Assembly: GCA_017654855.1 (NCBI GenBank) | Contig: CM030338.1 | Location: 1,240,001-1,304,000, forward strand | Source: Podospora anserina | Taxonomy: Eukaryota | DNA length: 64,000 nt | Direction of reading: 5' to 3' | Shown here: in pieces, positions 38,237 through 50,590 of the stretch | Position numbering within the stretch: position 1 is the stretch's first letter | How the letters are laid out: each line of letters opens with the position of its first letter | The notes under the pieces: generated by a model | Database searches by the model: none | Seen by the model: only the letters and a program-made list of their open reading frames with translations | Told to the model about the DNA's origin: nothing | Made by a program: the position numbers and the translations under genes

Positions 38237-39037
38237 ATGGCCGACAAAAAATCCAACAAACGCATCAAATCCCTCTCCATCCACCGCCCCTTCATCTACG
38301 GCACCACCGCCCGCCCCTTCGACCCCCTCCGCAACCCCAAACCCCCCGGGATCCCCGACGACCACACCCACTCCTGGGAAGTCTTCGTCAAGGGCGTAGA
38401 CGACACCGACATCACCTACTGGCTCCGGCGCGTGCAGTTCAAACTCCATGAATCGATCCCCAACCACGTCCGCATCGTCGACGCCGTCCCGGGAAAACCC
38501 TTCTCCCTCAAAGAGACGGGCTGGGGCGAGTTCGAAATCACAATAAGGCTGTATTACGTTTCGGAATCAAACGAAAAACCCCAGACTCTATACCACCACC
38601 TCCGTCTCCATCCCTACGGCAGGACAGAGGAGGAAAAGGAGGAGATGAAAAACGGGCCTGATGGGGGTGTGGTCAAGAGTTGGAATTACGACGAGCAGAT
38701 TTTCAACGAGCCTTATGAGAGCTTCTATGAGATTTTGACGTCTGGGGCTATGCCGGCTTCTTCTATGAAGGGGGGGAAGGGGGGGGGGAAGCAAAGGGGG
38801 GAGAAGGAGGTCAAGATGGAAAGGTCGGAGGGGGGGGTGTTGGCCAGGAGTGCGATGATTCCTCTCACGAATAGGGGGCCGGAATACCCTTTTAGTAGGG
38901 AGACGGAGCAGTGCGAGATTGAGAAGCTGAAAAAGGCGCTGGTCAAGGTGGAGGAGATGACGAGGAGGACAAAGGAGGAGATGGAGAAGAAGGAGAAGAG
39001 GTTGAAGGAGCTAAAGGCAGAGGGGGCAAAGGCGTGA
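38237..39037 (+). CDS. YAF9: YEATS-domain NuA4/SWR1 subunit Yaf9
   Basis: RPFIYG, HTHSW, VQFKLHES, ETGWGEFEI, HHLRLHPY, YDEQIFNEP; C-terminal coiled coil. Confidence 0.95.
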   Translation: MADKKSNKRIKSLSIHRPFIYGTTARPFDPLRNPKPPGIPDDHTHSWEVFVKGVDDTDITYWLRRVQFKLHESIPNHVRIVDAVPGKPFSLKETGWGEFEITIRLYYVSESNEKPQTLYHHLRLHPYGRTEEEKEEMKNGPDGGVVKSWNYDEQIFNEPYESFYEILTSGAMPASSMKGGKGGGKQRGEKEVKMERSEGGVLARSAMIPLTNRGPEYPFSRETEQCEIEKLKKALVKVEEMTRRTKEEMEKKEKRLKELKAEGAKA

Positions 39038-40409
39038 GATTTATGTGGTCTGAGGTATTGGGTTCTGGTTGGCAAATGGCGTCTTGTAAGAATATTGCAA
39101 AATTTGATACCCGCTCATGGGGCAAAGAAAAGGGGCGTTGGGGGAGTTTTGGCTTTGGTTATATATCAAGGTTTTGTGTGTAATCTACCAGAGGTAGTGA
39201 ATGACAGTGCCACGAGGATGAGGCACTGGAAATGCAATGTCTTGAGAGCAAGACGACACACACACCTACCTACGCTGCCGTTCTCATCTCATTTTTGCTC
39301 ACTGCATTGTCAATATCTACTTCTCCCACGCTAAAATCATTCCTAATCGGCATGTCATTTTGGCTGGCTCCTTGAATGTTGTCTCGCCTGGTGGCTTTGA
39401 TGCTGTTTGCCACCTTGGGCTTTGACACCATCCACAACATCAGAACAAAGTTTTGCATCCCAAAAAAACCAAATCCACACACACCACATGTGATCTTGTA
39501 ATATTTCTTATTATCAAAGAAGAGTCGAGAGTTGTCAAGGTTAAGGTATCCAAAGTCCCCACAACAAAATCCATAGTTCCAGCTAGATTTCAAATACCAG
39601 CATGGGGACTACTGTTTACCGCATTTCCACACGCACTTTGGTATACACATCGCCCTGGGCGTCTCACACACACCGCGACGAGATTTGATATCCCCCCCTC
39701 CACCACTTCAAGCCAGCCAACATAGGAAAACCACACACCCACACACCCACACACCCCACCCCAAAAAAGACATCACGAAAGAAAAAGAAAAGGAAAAAAA
39801 GAGGGAATATAGACTTTATCAAAAGCGTCGTTGGTTGGTTGTGTTTATGCGTCCGGACAAAAAGAAAACGAAACAAAACCAGGAACAACCACAGGAAAGG
39901 ATCTCTCACTTTCACCCGCTCCTTCTCTCTCTCAAACTCAAACAAATGCTTTTCCCATCCTAATATCAAATAGTCCACACAAAAACTTTTATCATGTAGA
40001 CCCCATTCAACCCAGGAAAAACTACCCAACCCATCTAAGCCATACCACCCCCGCCCCCCAAAAATGATGTATCAGCCGGAACCAAGAAACCCAACCAACC
40101 AACAGTAGTAATATTCCCTCATCCGGTAAAACCAAGTGTCTTTTTTTTTTTTTTGATATCCCTTCAACGCCATGAAAAAAGAAAAACGGCAACCCAAAAA
40201 GCCAAGATAATGTAGCGCAATCCATTAAGACAAGTACAATGTCGCGGGCTGCCATGTCGCTATACTTTCAAAAGACAAACAACAACGCCATATGAGAGAG
40301 AAAAAAAAGAGTCGAATATGTTCAAGAAGAAAAGAACAACAAAGGGGAATCTTTGGTACTCGAAAAACAAAAGTGATAAGAGGGGTTGTTGCTGCGGGTA
40401 GTCGCGCCA

Positions 40410-42529
40410 TTACGGCCTAGGCTGGTACGCAGGAGGGGGCGTGTCATCCCTTTCCTCCCAGAACTGAGGATTGCGGTTCTTTTCGTCGTATACACGGCGG
40501 GCAATCTCTCCGGCCATCTTCATCACCCACGCTTGTTCGAGAATGACGGATGGGGAGATTTCCGATGGCGCTCTTGGCCGAGACCAGTCTGCTGGGACCT
40601 TCATATCAACAGGCGACGCCTGACGAGAAGGCTGCTTCTGGGTGGTGTTGGGCGCGCTAATCTCGATCGAGGGGACGGCAGCCTCCGAGACCTTGGCAGG
40701 CTCACGATCATTACGGAATGATGGTCTGCGCGGATGAGCACCACCGAACCGCACCTTGTTGCTGTTTGTAGCCGTGTCCTCCTCGGGAACCTCGAGAATG
40801 GGGTGAGACATGATGGGCTCCGAAGCGGGCGTTGTCGAGGTGGAAGCTGTCTCCGAGGACTCGCCCGCCTCGCTGCCACCTTCGCTCGAGGTCTTGGCAC
40901 GCAAGTTGACCACACGAGTCTTCTTTTTGCGGCCAGCCTTGGAATGCCGTCCGGAGCCCAGAGACAAGCCAGCCGTGGCAGAATTGAGACTAACCATGGA
41001 CGGTCTCGAGGGCAAATGGCCCTGATCCTGGCTCGCCGTGTCCGAAAAGGTGTAGGTATGGGCGGTCCCGTTGGTGTAAGAAGTGGTCCGGTGGAGGCTC
41101 GGGGTTGCCGGTCCGGGTGTGCTGGCTGTGTCAACCCGATCTGATGGCCCCGCCCAGGCTCTGAACATGGCTTCCTTGATCGAAGGGGTGAACAATGATG
41201 ACGTTTCTTGCGTGGACGTCAACGAAGAGAGCTTGAACAAGGCCTTTTGTGAGAACAGAGACTGTGTTTCTGTTCCCGCCTCCAGAGACAATTCCGAGAT
41301 GGCGGCAGGGTCCAGAAGGTGACCCTCTGCGTCAACAGCATCCAGGGGAGGTGTCGACAGCGGGTTAACAGTGTGATCTACGGTCTCCTTGGACTGCTCC
41401 TCGTCCTCCTTAATGATTTGGTCCGGGCACCAGATCTGAAGTGAGAGCCTGTGGATGATGGCTGGCAACTCATCCATCATCAGATCCCGCAGCTTCTGCT
41501 CGATAGTCCGTTGAAGGTAGTCACGGACAAAGGGAATCGAGTCAAAGGTCGACGAGACCTTGAGAGACTCGAGGGGGTCATTTCGAAAGACCAGCGTCAG
41601 CCCCTTCTGCTTTGAGAAAACCACAATGATGAAGGCTGAGAGCTTGATCTCAGACAGGGTGATCTGAAGCGGGATGGTGAGGCTGGACGACGCCGACAGG
41701 GGCTCCGGCGATGCGAAACCTGGCTTGCCCGACAGGTAGGTATTGAGGGGGTTTGCCTGCGCTGCTATATTAGTCTTCTGTTATGCTTCCAGTGTTCCAT
41801 GTGTTCCATGAAGTCCAATCTATGTGGGGTAGCGGTGAGGAGAATGGGCGAATCCCTGCTCTCGAATTTGGGCACAATTTCTGGTCTAATGCGCCAAGCC
41901 TGCAGCTTTCACCGCACCGCCAGCGAAACAACCGAAACAGCGTCCCATCGCGAGCTCTAGAATTCCTAAAACCTGGTGTGGAGCAGTCCCTAGGTTTCGG
42001 GTCCCAAATTCGGGTCTCGGGCGTCGAGGGGCACTTGCCCTGGCTCCAGTCCAGATGCTCCAGACGCTCCAGATGCTCCAGATGCCCACTCTCTCCCTCC
42101 CCGCCCCCCCTTTCTCGGCTTTGTGAAATGCCCGGCTCCCTCACTTGCCCCCTCCATACTATCCGTAGCTAGCAAAGCACTTGCAATGCCGGTGGCTTGT
42201 GACTCCCGTCCGGGGTGGACTCGTCCGATATGTCCGTCGTAGATAACAGAAATTGCACATACTTGCACCCTCGTTTTTAGCGTCAGAAAGGCGTCGCCGG
42301 AATAGCACATTTTGAAAATTCCCCTGAATCGGTCTTCGGCCAGGTCACCAATCTCCAAAATCTCCAGGTCTGGTGGCACGGAGCCAAGGTTGAATTCGGT
42401 CACGAAGATGTCATCGACGATAATGGGAGGCTTCGGAGACTTGTTCAGGGCGGTTGTGAGCAGGTCGCGTGCTCGCTCATAAAAGCCGGCATCGGCCGTG
42501 AGCGGCGACCAGTTGAAGTTGAAGGCCAT
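40410..42529 (-). CDS. MDM34: ERMES subunit Mdm34 (SMP domain), 2 exons
   Basis: [39 protein letters not shown] across intron 41757-42262, [18 protein letters not shown]-terminal PPAY motif. Confidence 0.96.
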
Positions 42530-44077
42530 GTTGAATTGGCACCCAGTTTATAGAGGCATCGCAAGAGCTATGAAGGGTGTGCGGGGCAGGTCGACCCGGA
42601 GCCAGGGCAGGGAGGCTTGCTTCGGTCGGATCGAGGTGCGCGAGGCAAAAACCGAGGGGTCGTGGACGTGGGTTGTCGTCGGGAGCAATTTTACCCAAGG
42701 TAGCGAATGAAGTTTGACGACGGAAGGCAAATAATAAGTTTTGATGGTGGGCAGCTGATAGATTGGGGATGGGGATTGGGTGCAAGGACCTTCGTGGACT
42801 TTTGTCGGGTGCCCGTGGGAAAAAGGGAAAAAAAAGAGAGAGAGCAGTTGCGGCTTTGGAGAGGTTGTGCGGAGGGATGACGCTATCTGACGGGGAACGG
42901 TTGGTCTTTGTGTGCGGCAGAAACGGGACCTTTTGGAAATTTTTCGCGCTTTCCCTGCGCCGCGACTTGGCCCATGCTTGACCCTTTGCGGGGGGTTGCC
43001 ATTTTTCCCTAGCTTCACTGACCAGTGGGCTGATGACTTTTCTGTACCGTCTGGAACATCTGCAGCAGCATCTGCACCTCCAGGGCTCTGTTGCTGATGG
43101 CCTGGCTGCCCAAACCCTCCCTCCCTTTAGGATTGATTCATTTTCTCATCATCAGTTTGCAACCTGGAGGTCTCAGGTTTGCATTCAACGCCGTACAGCC
43201 CGCCCAGCCACCGGTGCAAACACACACTGGCCGAGCTATCCAACGGATCCGGAGCTTACCTGTCGTACAAAATAATCCGGGCTTTACGGCTATCACGGTA
43301 GCAGATGTCGGAACAGGGTGTGGTAACAGCCAGTCGCGTCTGGGGAAATTGGGCAACCGCGCATCAACTCATCATCCCAAATGCAACACAATGTGACAAT
43401 ATACCCAATCCAGACACTCGAAACTGGACCAGCCGTCATCCGATGATGTTGTGGGGAACCCGACTGACAAAGACACCTGAGCTCCCGTCTCCGCCCGACC
43501 GAGGTCCAGTGATCCACTGCCACTGCTTGGGACCAGGCGGAAGCTGTGAGAGCTCGGGCCCGCCATCTTGACGTTTGCCCGGGCAGGGGCATGTGCTCCG
43601 CCGGGGGTCCCGAGAAGAGAAAGCTAGGTTCGGGAGTTGAACCCGGAGAAAGACGTCAACGACAGGGGCATTTGGTGTTTGCAGACTGACGATGTTTGGA
43701 AGAAGAAGAATTGATAAACCATTGTTGTGAAACAAAACAACCACCCAAAACCTGGATTGGTCCTAAAATCTAGCCATCGCTTTTGATCGGACTCTGCCGC
43801 CGTCAGGCTACCCCTACCTTAATCAAGATTACCAGCAGTACACCATGAATAGTCGCACAAAGCATCTCAGCTGTCCCGCGCACGAGATAATTGATCCAGC
43901 AGTTCCAATGCGGCGGATAGCGGCACCATCTCAGCGTCAGCTCATCACCTAACGGCCAATCCGGTGAAGCTCGGGGGGCCGTTGAGACAAGACACTACTA
44001 CTTGTGCCCAACCAGACAGACGACCAAGGAATTTCCATCATTCGCATGTCCGACTTGAAATTTTCATACCCTTCACA

Positions 44078-45229
44078 ATGTCTCAAAGCGCAAGCTTTTC
44101 GTCTGACCATATCCCGGACATTTCGGATTTTTACCCTGAAAAATGGACCATCAAGTTCGTGAACGAGGGGGCCGCGAACCTGGTCTTTGAAGTGAGATTA
44201 CCACCAAGTCCACCAAGCACGACAGGAAGCCACGCGAACAGGCACAGCGATATCTTCCAGGGTACTGCCAAAGCATCCTCCTTTTTCTGTGCCACAGCAT
44301 CATCATATCTGACCTTTTCACAGGACACCTCCTGCGCGTCCCAAAAGCTGGCGCCAAGACATTTCCGTACCCAGAGTTACTGCAGTATTGGGATTCAACC
44401 ATCACGCCCCTATTCCCACCCGAAAATCTGGTCCAACATCAACTGGTCAAACTGGGCCAAAGCCCATCCAAAGTAATCACTATTCTTGATGAGCTTCTTG
44501 CCAAAGCGGAATCCGGTCGCCGCAAGGACTTCCGTGGCACCCGAGTACTCCCGGATGCCCAGTACGGCATGCTGATAGAGGATATGCGTTCTCGTTAGTC
44601 AACACCTTGTCTTCGAACCTAGTGCTTTCCGATGTCTAACAAGGCTCACAGAAAACCCAAGTGATTATTTTGTCGAGTTCAAACCAAAGTGGCTTCCGCC
44701 TTCACCATCGCAGCGCACACGCTGCCGCAACTGTGCCCGGGAAGCCTACCGTGATCACCTTGATCCCTCCCACCACAAGGCTCACCGCCTGGGCATCCTC
44801 TGTCCCCTGGACTTCATCGCCTGTCAGAGTAACCGGGGGAGTTTGGAAAACGTCTTGAAGCACATCGTCCCTGCGTCAGCCTCGCCGTCTCATCGCAATC
44901 ACCTCGCCGACTGGTTGAGGACCAATAGTCTCCTGCCACTCCTGCAGCAAGCCCAGGCGAAACATGATCCGAGCCAGGGTGTTAACCTGGAGCTGGCAAT
45001 GACGCTCCGGGACTGCAGCTTGTTTCTCAGGATATCCACCCCCCAAGATGGAACAGGGCAACCGACGAGGATAGAAGCCAAACTAGCCGACCTCGACAAA
45101 AAGAACGCCGCCAAGAAGAAGAAGCACTGGGAAGAGCTCGAGCGGGATCTTGTGGAAGGCGGGTTCTACGAGGGAAAGGAGCAGCCAAGGGAGGAGACGG
45201 ACTGTTTACTTGAGCGCGCAGCTAATTGA
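44078..45229 (+). CDS. IPK1: Inositol-pentakisphosphate 2-kinase (3 exons)
   Basis: EGAANLVF, LLRVPK, VEFKPKW, CRNCA, CPLDF, AMTLRDCSLF, DLDKK; introns 44262-44323 and 44594-44651. Confidence 0.9.
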
Positions 45230-45248
45230 TTGAGTTTGTGCTTTCTTC

Positions 45249-46222
45249 TTACAACGACCCCAAAAACTTCCCAACCCTCTCCACCAACCACTTTTCCCCC
45301 TCTGGGTTTTCCTCCGTGTTATCAACCCGGTGATTCGCCCCCGGGATCAACCCGCTGAACTCACTCACAACCCCCGGTTTGCAAAAGCTCGCCCATTTTT
45401 GAACCGTGCTTTGGACTTGTGCCGGCTTGAATGGCACCCACTCGTCCTTTTCTGAGGGCAGGATCAACACCGGTGTTTCCAGCTCTCCCCAGATGGTCTT
45501 GAGCTCCTCGTCGGAGAAGTCGGAGCTGAAAAAGTCGTCGTCTCCCCTGTTTTTGTCAAGTCAGCCACTCCTTCTTGTCACCTACCCACAACATCATCAG
45601 AAGAACCATACCCTTTCGTAGCGAGGGATAACCACCGATAAGCAGTAACTGGACTCCCCTTCCAACCGTCAGGCATGTCGTTTAGATCGATTACATGCTC
45701 CCCTTTCCCCTCCTCTGCCATCTTTTTCGCGACCGCGATACTGTTCTCCAACTGTGCCGGGCAACAGCTCATCACCAACGCCTCCCTGTCGCTCACGGGG
45801 CCTTGGAGGACAATCCCATCAACCTTCTCCTCCGGCTTTAGTTCTCCCAGTTTGGTGCAGTAGAACATGCAATCCTGGCAACCGGTGGAATGGCCCATCA
45901 GCACGATCGTCTGTTTCTTGAGCTCAGAGCGGAGGTAGCGGACTAAAGACGAGATTTCGGCGCAGTCTTGAGAGAGGGAGGAGTACCCGAAGGCGGAGAA
46001 GGAGGAGGTGAGACGGGCTTGGAAGAGGGAGAAGCCTAGGGTTGGGGGGAGGGAGTGGGAGAGGGTGAGGGGGTAGGGGACTGTGTGGGGCCCGTCGCCT
46101 AGGCCGCCGAGGAAGATGAGGGCGTTTGGGGGGGAGGGGGAGGGGGAGGGGTGTTCGTAGAGGGGGAGGGTTTTGGTTGGGGTGGTGGGGTAGGAGTGGA
46201 CGAGGACGGGGAAGGGGGTCAT
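45249..46222 (-). CDS. DUF1749/UPF0613 alpha/beta hydrolase
   Basis: FLGGLGDG, MGHSTGCQD nucleophile elbow, LQGPVSDRE, GGDDDFFSSD across intron 45547-45611, PGANH. Confidence 0.9.
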
Positions 46223-47250
46223 GTTGAGGGTTGGATGAGGTTGGGGTTATGGTGGGATGGGTTTATGGTGTTGAGGTTGTGTTTATGGTGGTGAGATGGC
46301 TTTATGGTGGTGAGGATGCCAAGAGATATCTTTGGCGGTGGTGGGTGGGGGGAGGGGGTAAGATTGGAGGGGTGATGTATAACCCTAACCCTTTAATGAC
46401 AGGCTGGCTATCACTGTCAACACCCACCACTTTGACACTTTCTTTCATCATCAACTTCAACATCGACATCATTTTGCTGTGAAATGACACGGTAAAAGCA
46501 TCAACCATGTTCACGACCAGTTCAAGTCGGCATATCAAGAAATTGACTGCTCCCGACAGCACAAGCGACCTGTTTTCCGACCAACCCTCCATCTTTTCCT
46601 CCCGGGCGCTTAAGCACAAAACACCAGACCAATCATATCGCCAAATACAATGGCAAGCAAGGGAAGCAAAATGTGCCGCGCGGGAGGGCGCTTCGCCCTC
46701 GGGGACGCTTTCCCCAGATTGGATCCCCTGTGCCGATTCCCATCTGGAGATGATCGTCCCTGCTGTTTTTTTACCGCTGTTCAAACCTGCAATCTGCATG
46801 CAGAGAGTCAAACGAGCCAATCCCGAGAGGGGAAGGGGGTCCTATTTCTGGCGTGGGAGAAGATGGAGGGGAACTTCTTGGGAGACGGGACATCAAACTA
46901 CTAGACGCATGGTGTAGTGGAAGGGTAACAGTCGCGCATCGAATCTTGGGTGCTGCTGTGATGTGAATTTGGAGGGAAGCAAGAGCTAACCGCCCAGATC
47001 CAATGCCGAAGATGTAAGTGAGGAAATGGTATTAGTATGCCCCGCCACCTCCTCACTTTTGTTGCGTTCTACTTGTGCTCTCACCATTCCACGGCATACA
47101 CACCATCTTCCCTTGTTCATCTTCGGGTTCTCTTTTGTTTGGAGCGCTTTCTCGAGTTACACGGCTTCTCCTTTTTCCTAATTTGATACCCAGAGCAGTG
47201 CTCTATCAACAACAACAACAACAAGTATATAAACCACCTTCAACCACACA

Positions 47251-47980
47251 ATGGAGAAAACAGCCACAGCCTCCGCCCACTCAGCGGCCCCCTCGTTCCA
47301 AACCCACGTCGAACCCGACCTCCACCTCCAATCCAAAATGAAGTCCCTCGGCACAATCAACACCCTCCGATTAGGCGCCACCGCCCTCGCCCTAGGCATG
47401 AGCCTCACCGTCCTGGGAACGGCGGGCAACACCCTCCGCGTCTACGAGGAAACCCACGTCCTGACGCCTCACTACCTCCCCCTCTGGCCAGAGCATTTCA
47501 ACATCCGACCTACCATCTCCCTCGTCGTTGGCAGCGTGTTTGTCATCCTCGCCAGTATTGCCTCTCTGGCCTGCTCCAAGATCACCACTGTTCGTTCCCC
47601 CGCCCCCTCCCTCCCCCTACCATCTACTAACAGATGATGTTTAGTTGAGGAATAAAACAACCCTCCACACCTCCACCACCCTCGCCGCACCAGTCGTGGG
47701 GTTGATCGCGGCGCTGATCTCGGTTGTCTTCTTCTACGCGGCGAATTCGTCGGACACGGTGGACACGTTTACTTCTTGGACTTGCAGGTGGAGGGATGTG
47801 CCCATGGGGCAGCAGCCGCATTGGGGGACGTTGTGCGGGCAGAGTTATGCGGGGTTGTATCTGGCTATTTTGCTGATTCCGGTTGAGGTGGTGGGGTTGG
47901 GATTGGGGGTTTGGGAGAAGAGGGTGGGCGGTTATGTGGAGGGGTATCAGGGGGCTAGGAAGAGTCCTGCTTTGTCTTAA
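47251..47980 (+). CDS. Fungal 4-TM hypothetical membrane protein (MARVEL-like topology)
   Basis: Intron 47590-47644 joins two ORFs in frame; four hydrophobic segments; LPLWP and SWTC..TLC motifs. Confidence 0.8.
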
Positions 47981-49412
47981 GGGAAGTGGAAGATGATGTC
48001 GAACAAGGAGGAGTTGAGGGGTTCATGGTGGTGTGGTGGGCTAAATTGTGCATAATTCTGTCTTTTCTTCTTGGTTTAGGGACTACGGTATTAGTTTTTG
48101 GGGGTTATGGCTACTTGGATAATGGGAAACATCTGTTAAGCAATTGCTGCTGTGTTGCTGTTCGGGATCTGTTTGCTAGGTTTGTGGTCAAGGAAAGATT
48201 GGAAACAGGTTGCATTTCAGCCGGCGGGCTGTTGCAGAAAGTCGGGGAATGTTCCCGAGGGACATTGTGCACTTGATAGGTAATCTTGACTGTTATCAAG
48301 GCGTTGTCGTAGCTGGAGAATCTTCATCGTTATATCCTCCATCGTGAAGAGATCCAAAGTTGCAAAAGCTCTTATCGACAACCTCAGCCAGGTTTCGGAA
48401 GCAAGGCAGTCATCCTACCCACGTGCTATTTCGCTGTGAATGCATATGAGCCTTCATTTATTACCCGCGTTCCAGAATGGTGGAGGACGGGAGATTTCAT
48501 CTATCTGTTTGGCGCTATCGAGAGCAAACACGCATGCGCCCTTATCTTTTCAGACGTCGCCTCCCGCTGAGCCGACGATAGGTGGGGGTTGTGTGGTATG
48601 AGAGTAGTGACAGAGGTCACATTTCATGTGTGAATGGTTCTGAATTTTGAGGCAGTGTGTTGATGGCGAATACCATGAATTCCAATTTTTGATGCCTTTA
48701 TGTCTTGTGGTTCCCAATTGGTTGTAGGGGTGAAATGCTCTGTCCTTCCCTGTCAATACTTGCATAACAGATTTTGTAACCCTCAAGTTGAGATGGCAGA
48801 GTTGACAATGCTGTGACCCGGAAATTGGCGCCTCAGAAAACCTCCCATCATCTTGATTCCTGTACCGGGATGATTGGGAAGGGGGGAAGCTGCGCATATG
48901 TATTGCAAGATATCGGGGTGGTAGTGGCGACCCTGAGTGCTCCTATCGCTCCTGCCTCTGCCCTTCTTGTCCAGTTTTGGCATGTCTTGCTTTTGGAACA
49001 ACACATCAATCATCTCAGCCCAGAACCTACGCCTCGACTTCAAATCTGTCAGTGGCCTATTCCGTTTGCTGGGCTCTTCGTCCTGCGTCTACATCCACCC
49101 AATCTGATGTCTAACCATCCTATCCGCTAGGCTTGCCTGATTCCACAGCACAACGCCGTCCAGGCGAATCCTACTCACTTCTTCTTGATCAGCTTCAGCT
49201 TTTCGGTTTTCCGTCGTGCCACAGAACAGGGAGACGGTTGTCTCACCATTCACCCGAGTGAACGGACCCCTTGACGTGAGATGCGCGACCTACCTCATCT
49301 TAGGCGACATTATATTTTCCGCTAAAGTTACAGGCATTGCACCTTCTTATACTCGGCGCAAACCGAAATCACTTGCTTGAATCGAGGCCGAACCCAGCTG
49401 CCAGTCCTCGTT

Positions 49413-50590
49413 ATGAGCCGATCGCTGTCACAACAGGCTGCGGCCGACAAGGCGCCCGTCATGACCCCTAGAAGGTTGGCACCGGGAGGTCAAAGAGAAT
49501 TGTCGTTTGCCGAGCGCAAAGCACAGGACACACCTCCTTCGACATCGTCTCCGGCAACTGCAACCGGAGACATACTGGTTCGTCCAGGGCGCAAAAGACA
49601 CTCAAGGCCGGATCTCGTCAAGCAGCAGAACACCGTCAACTTCTTTGAAGACGCCTTTGCCGTGTCCGAGGGCAACACGGCCCGGGAAAGGGTACATGGG
49701 GATGCCATTGTCATGGCCGAGGTCAAGACGAATGTCATCGTGGGTTTTGCTAAATATTTCCAGGCCATGGGTACCGTCTTGCTGACCGTGCGCCATAGAT
49801 CAGTGACGAGTTCACTCTCATCACCGAACTCTCGTATCACCTATCCACACGGTATCAGCGCCCTGTCTCCTCCATCGTCGTCACCTTGCAGCACGGAGCC
49901 TGCATGCTTTTCGGAGGGACCTTTGACCCAGCCTACGTGATGTCGATATATGCGCTGCCGTCGCAACTATTGCCGACAACCAACAAGCGAAATGCGGCAT
50001 TGATCCAGAAACACATGGAAGAAGCGATAGGAGTAGTACCAGCGAGGGGCTTCCTGAGGTTCGTCCCTACCAAGGAAGAGCATTTGGCATGCAACGGCAA
50101 GACGATGGCTGGGGAGATTGAGGAGCTGGAAAAGACAATGAATGGAATAGGTCTCGGAGGCGCCAACGTGACACTGGATGAGGCACAGGGAGCCATATCC
50201 AGAGGCTTGAAGGCCAGGGGGAAGCTGAGTGCCAGGGTAAGTACTGCCCATTCGACCGTCTGTCCTGCCAGCAGTGCATTGACATGCCTTCATGTGCTAC
50301 AGCCTATGGCAAGCTTTCGATCATTATCAGCGGCAGGGTTCCATGCCAGAGAACTTACACCACCCACCAGCGCTGACGAGGCGCTTCCAACCATTCCAGG
50401 CTCACCCTCGACGTCGCCGGGGGCAGCTCAACCTGGCGTCGGAGATAAGGAAGGGCTTCCACGAGAGGAGGATCAGCCCAGGACAGCACGTAAGAAGAAG
50501 AGCTTTGTGGCTGCCATTTTCGGCCGGTCAGGTAGTGTCAAAAAGCCGGGGCATCGCTCCTCATTGCCGGTGATACGTGATTCAGGCTGA
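49413..50590 (+). CDS. MIF/tautomerase-like domain protein (3 exons)
   Basis: Introns 49740-49798 and 50237-50302; EVKTNVI|ISDEF, RYQRPVSSIVV, MLFGGTFDPAY, TNKRNAALI, RGFLRF, LACNGKT follow the MIF fold pattern. Confidence 0.82.
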
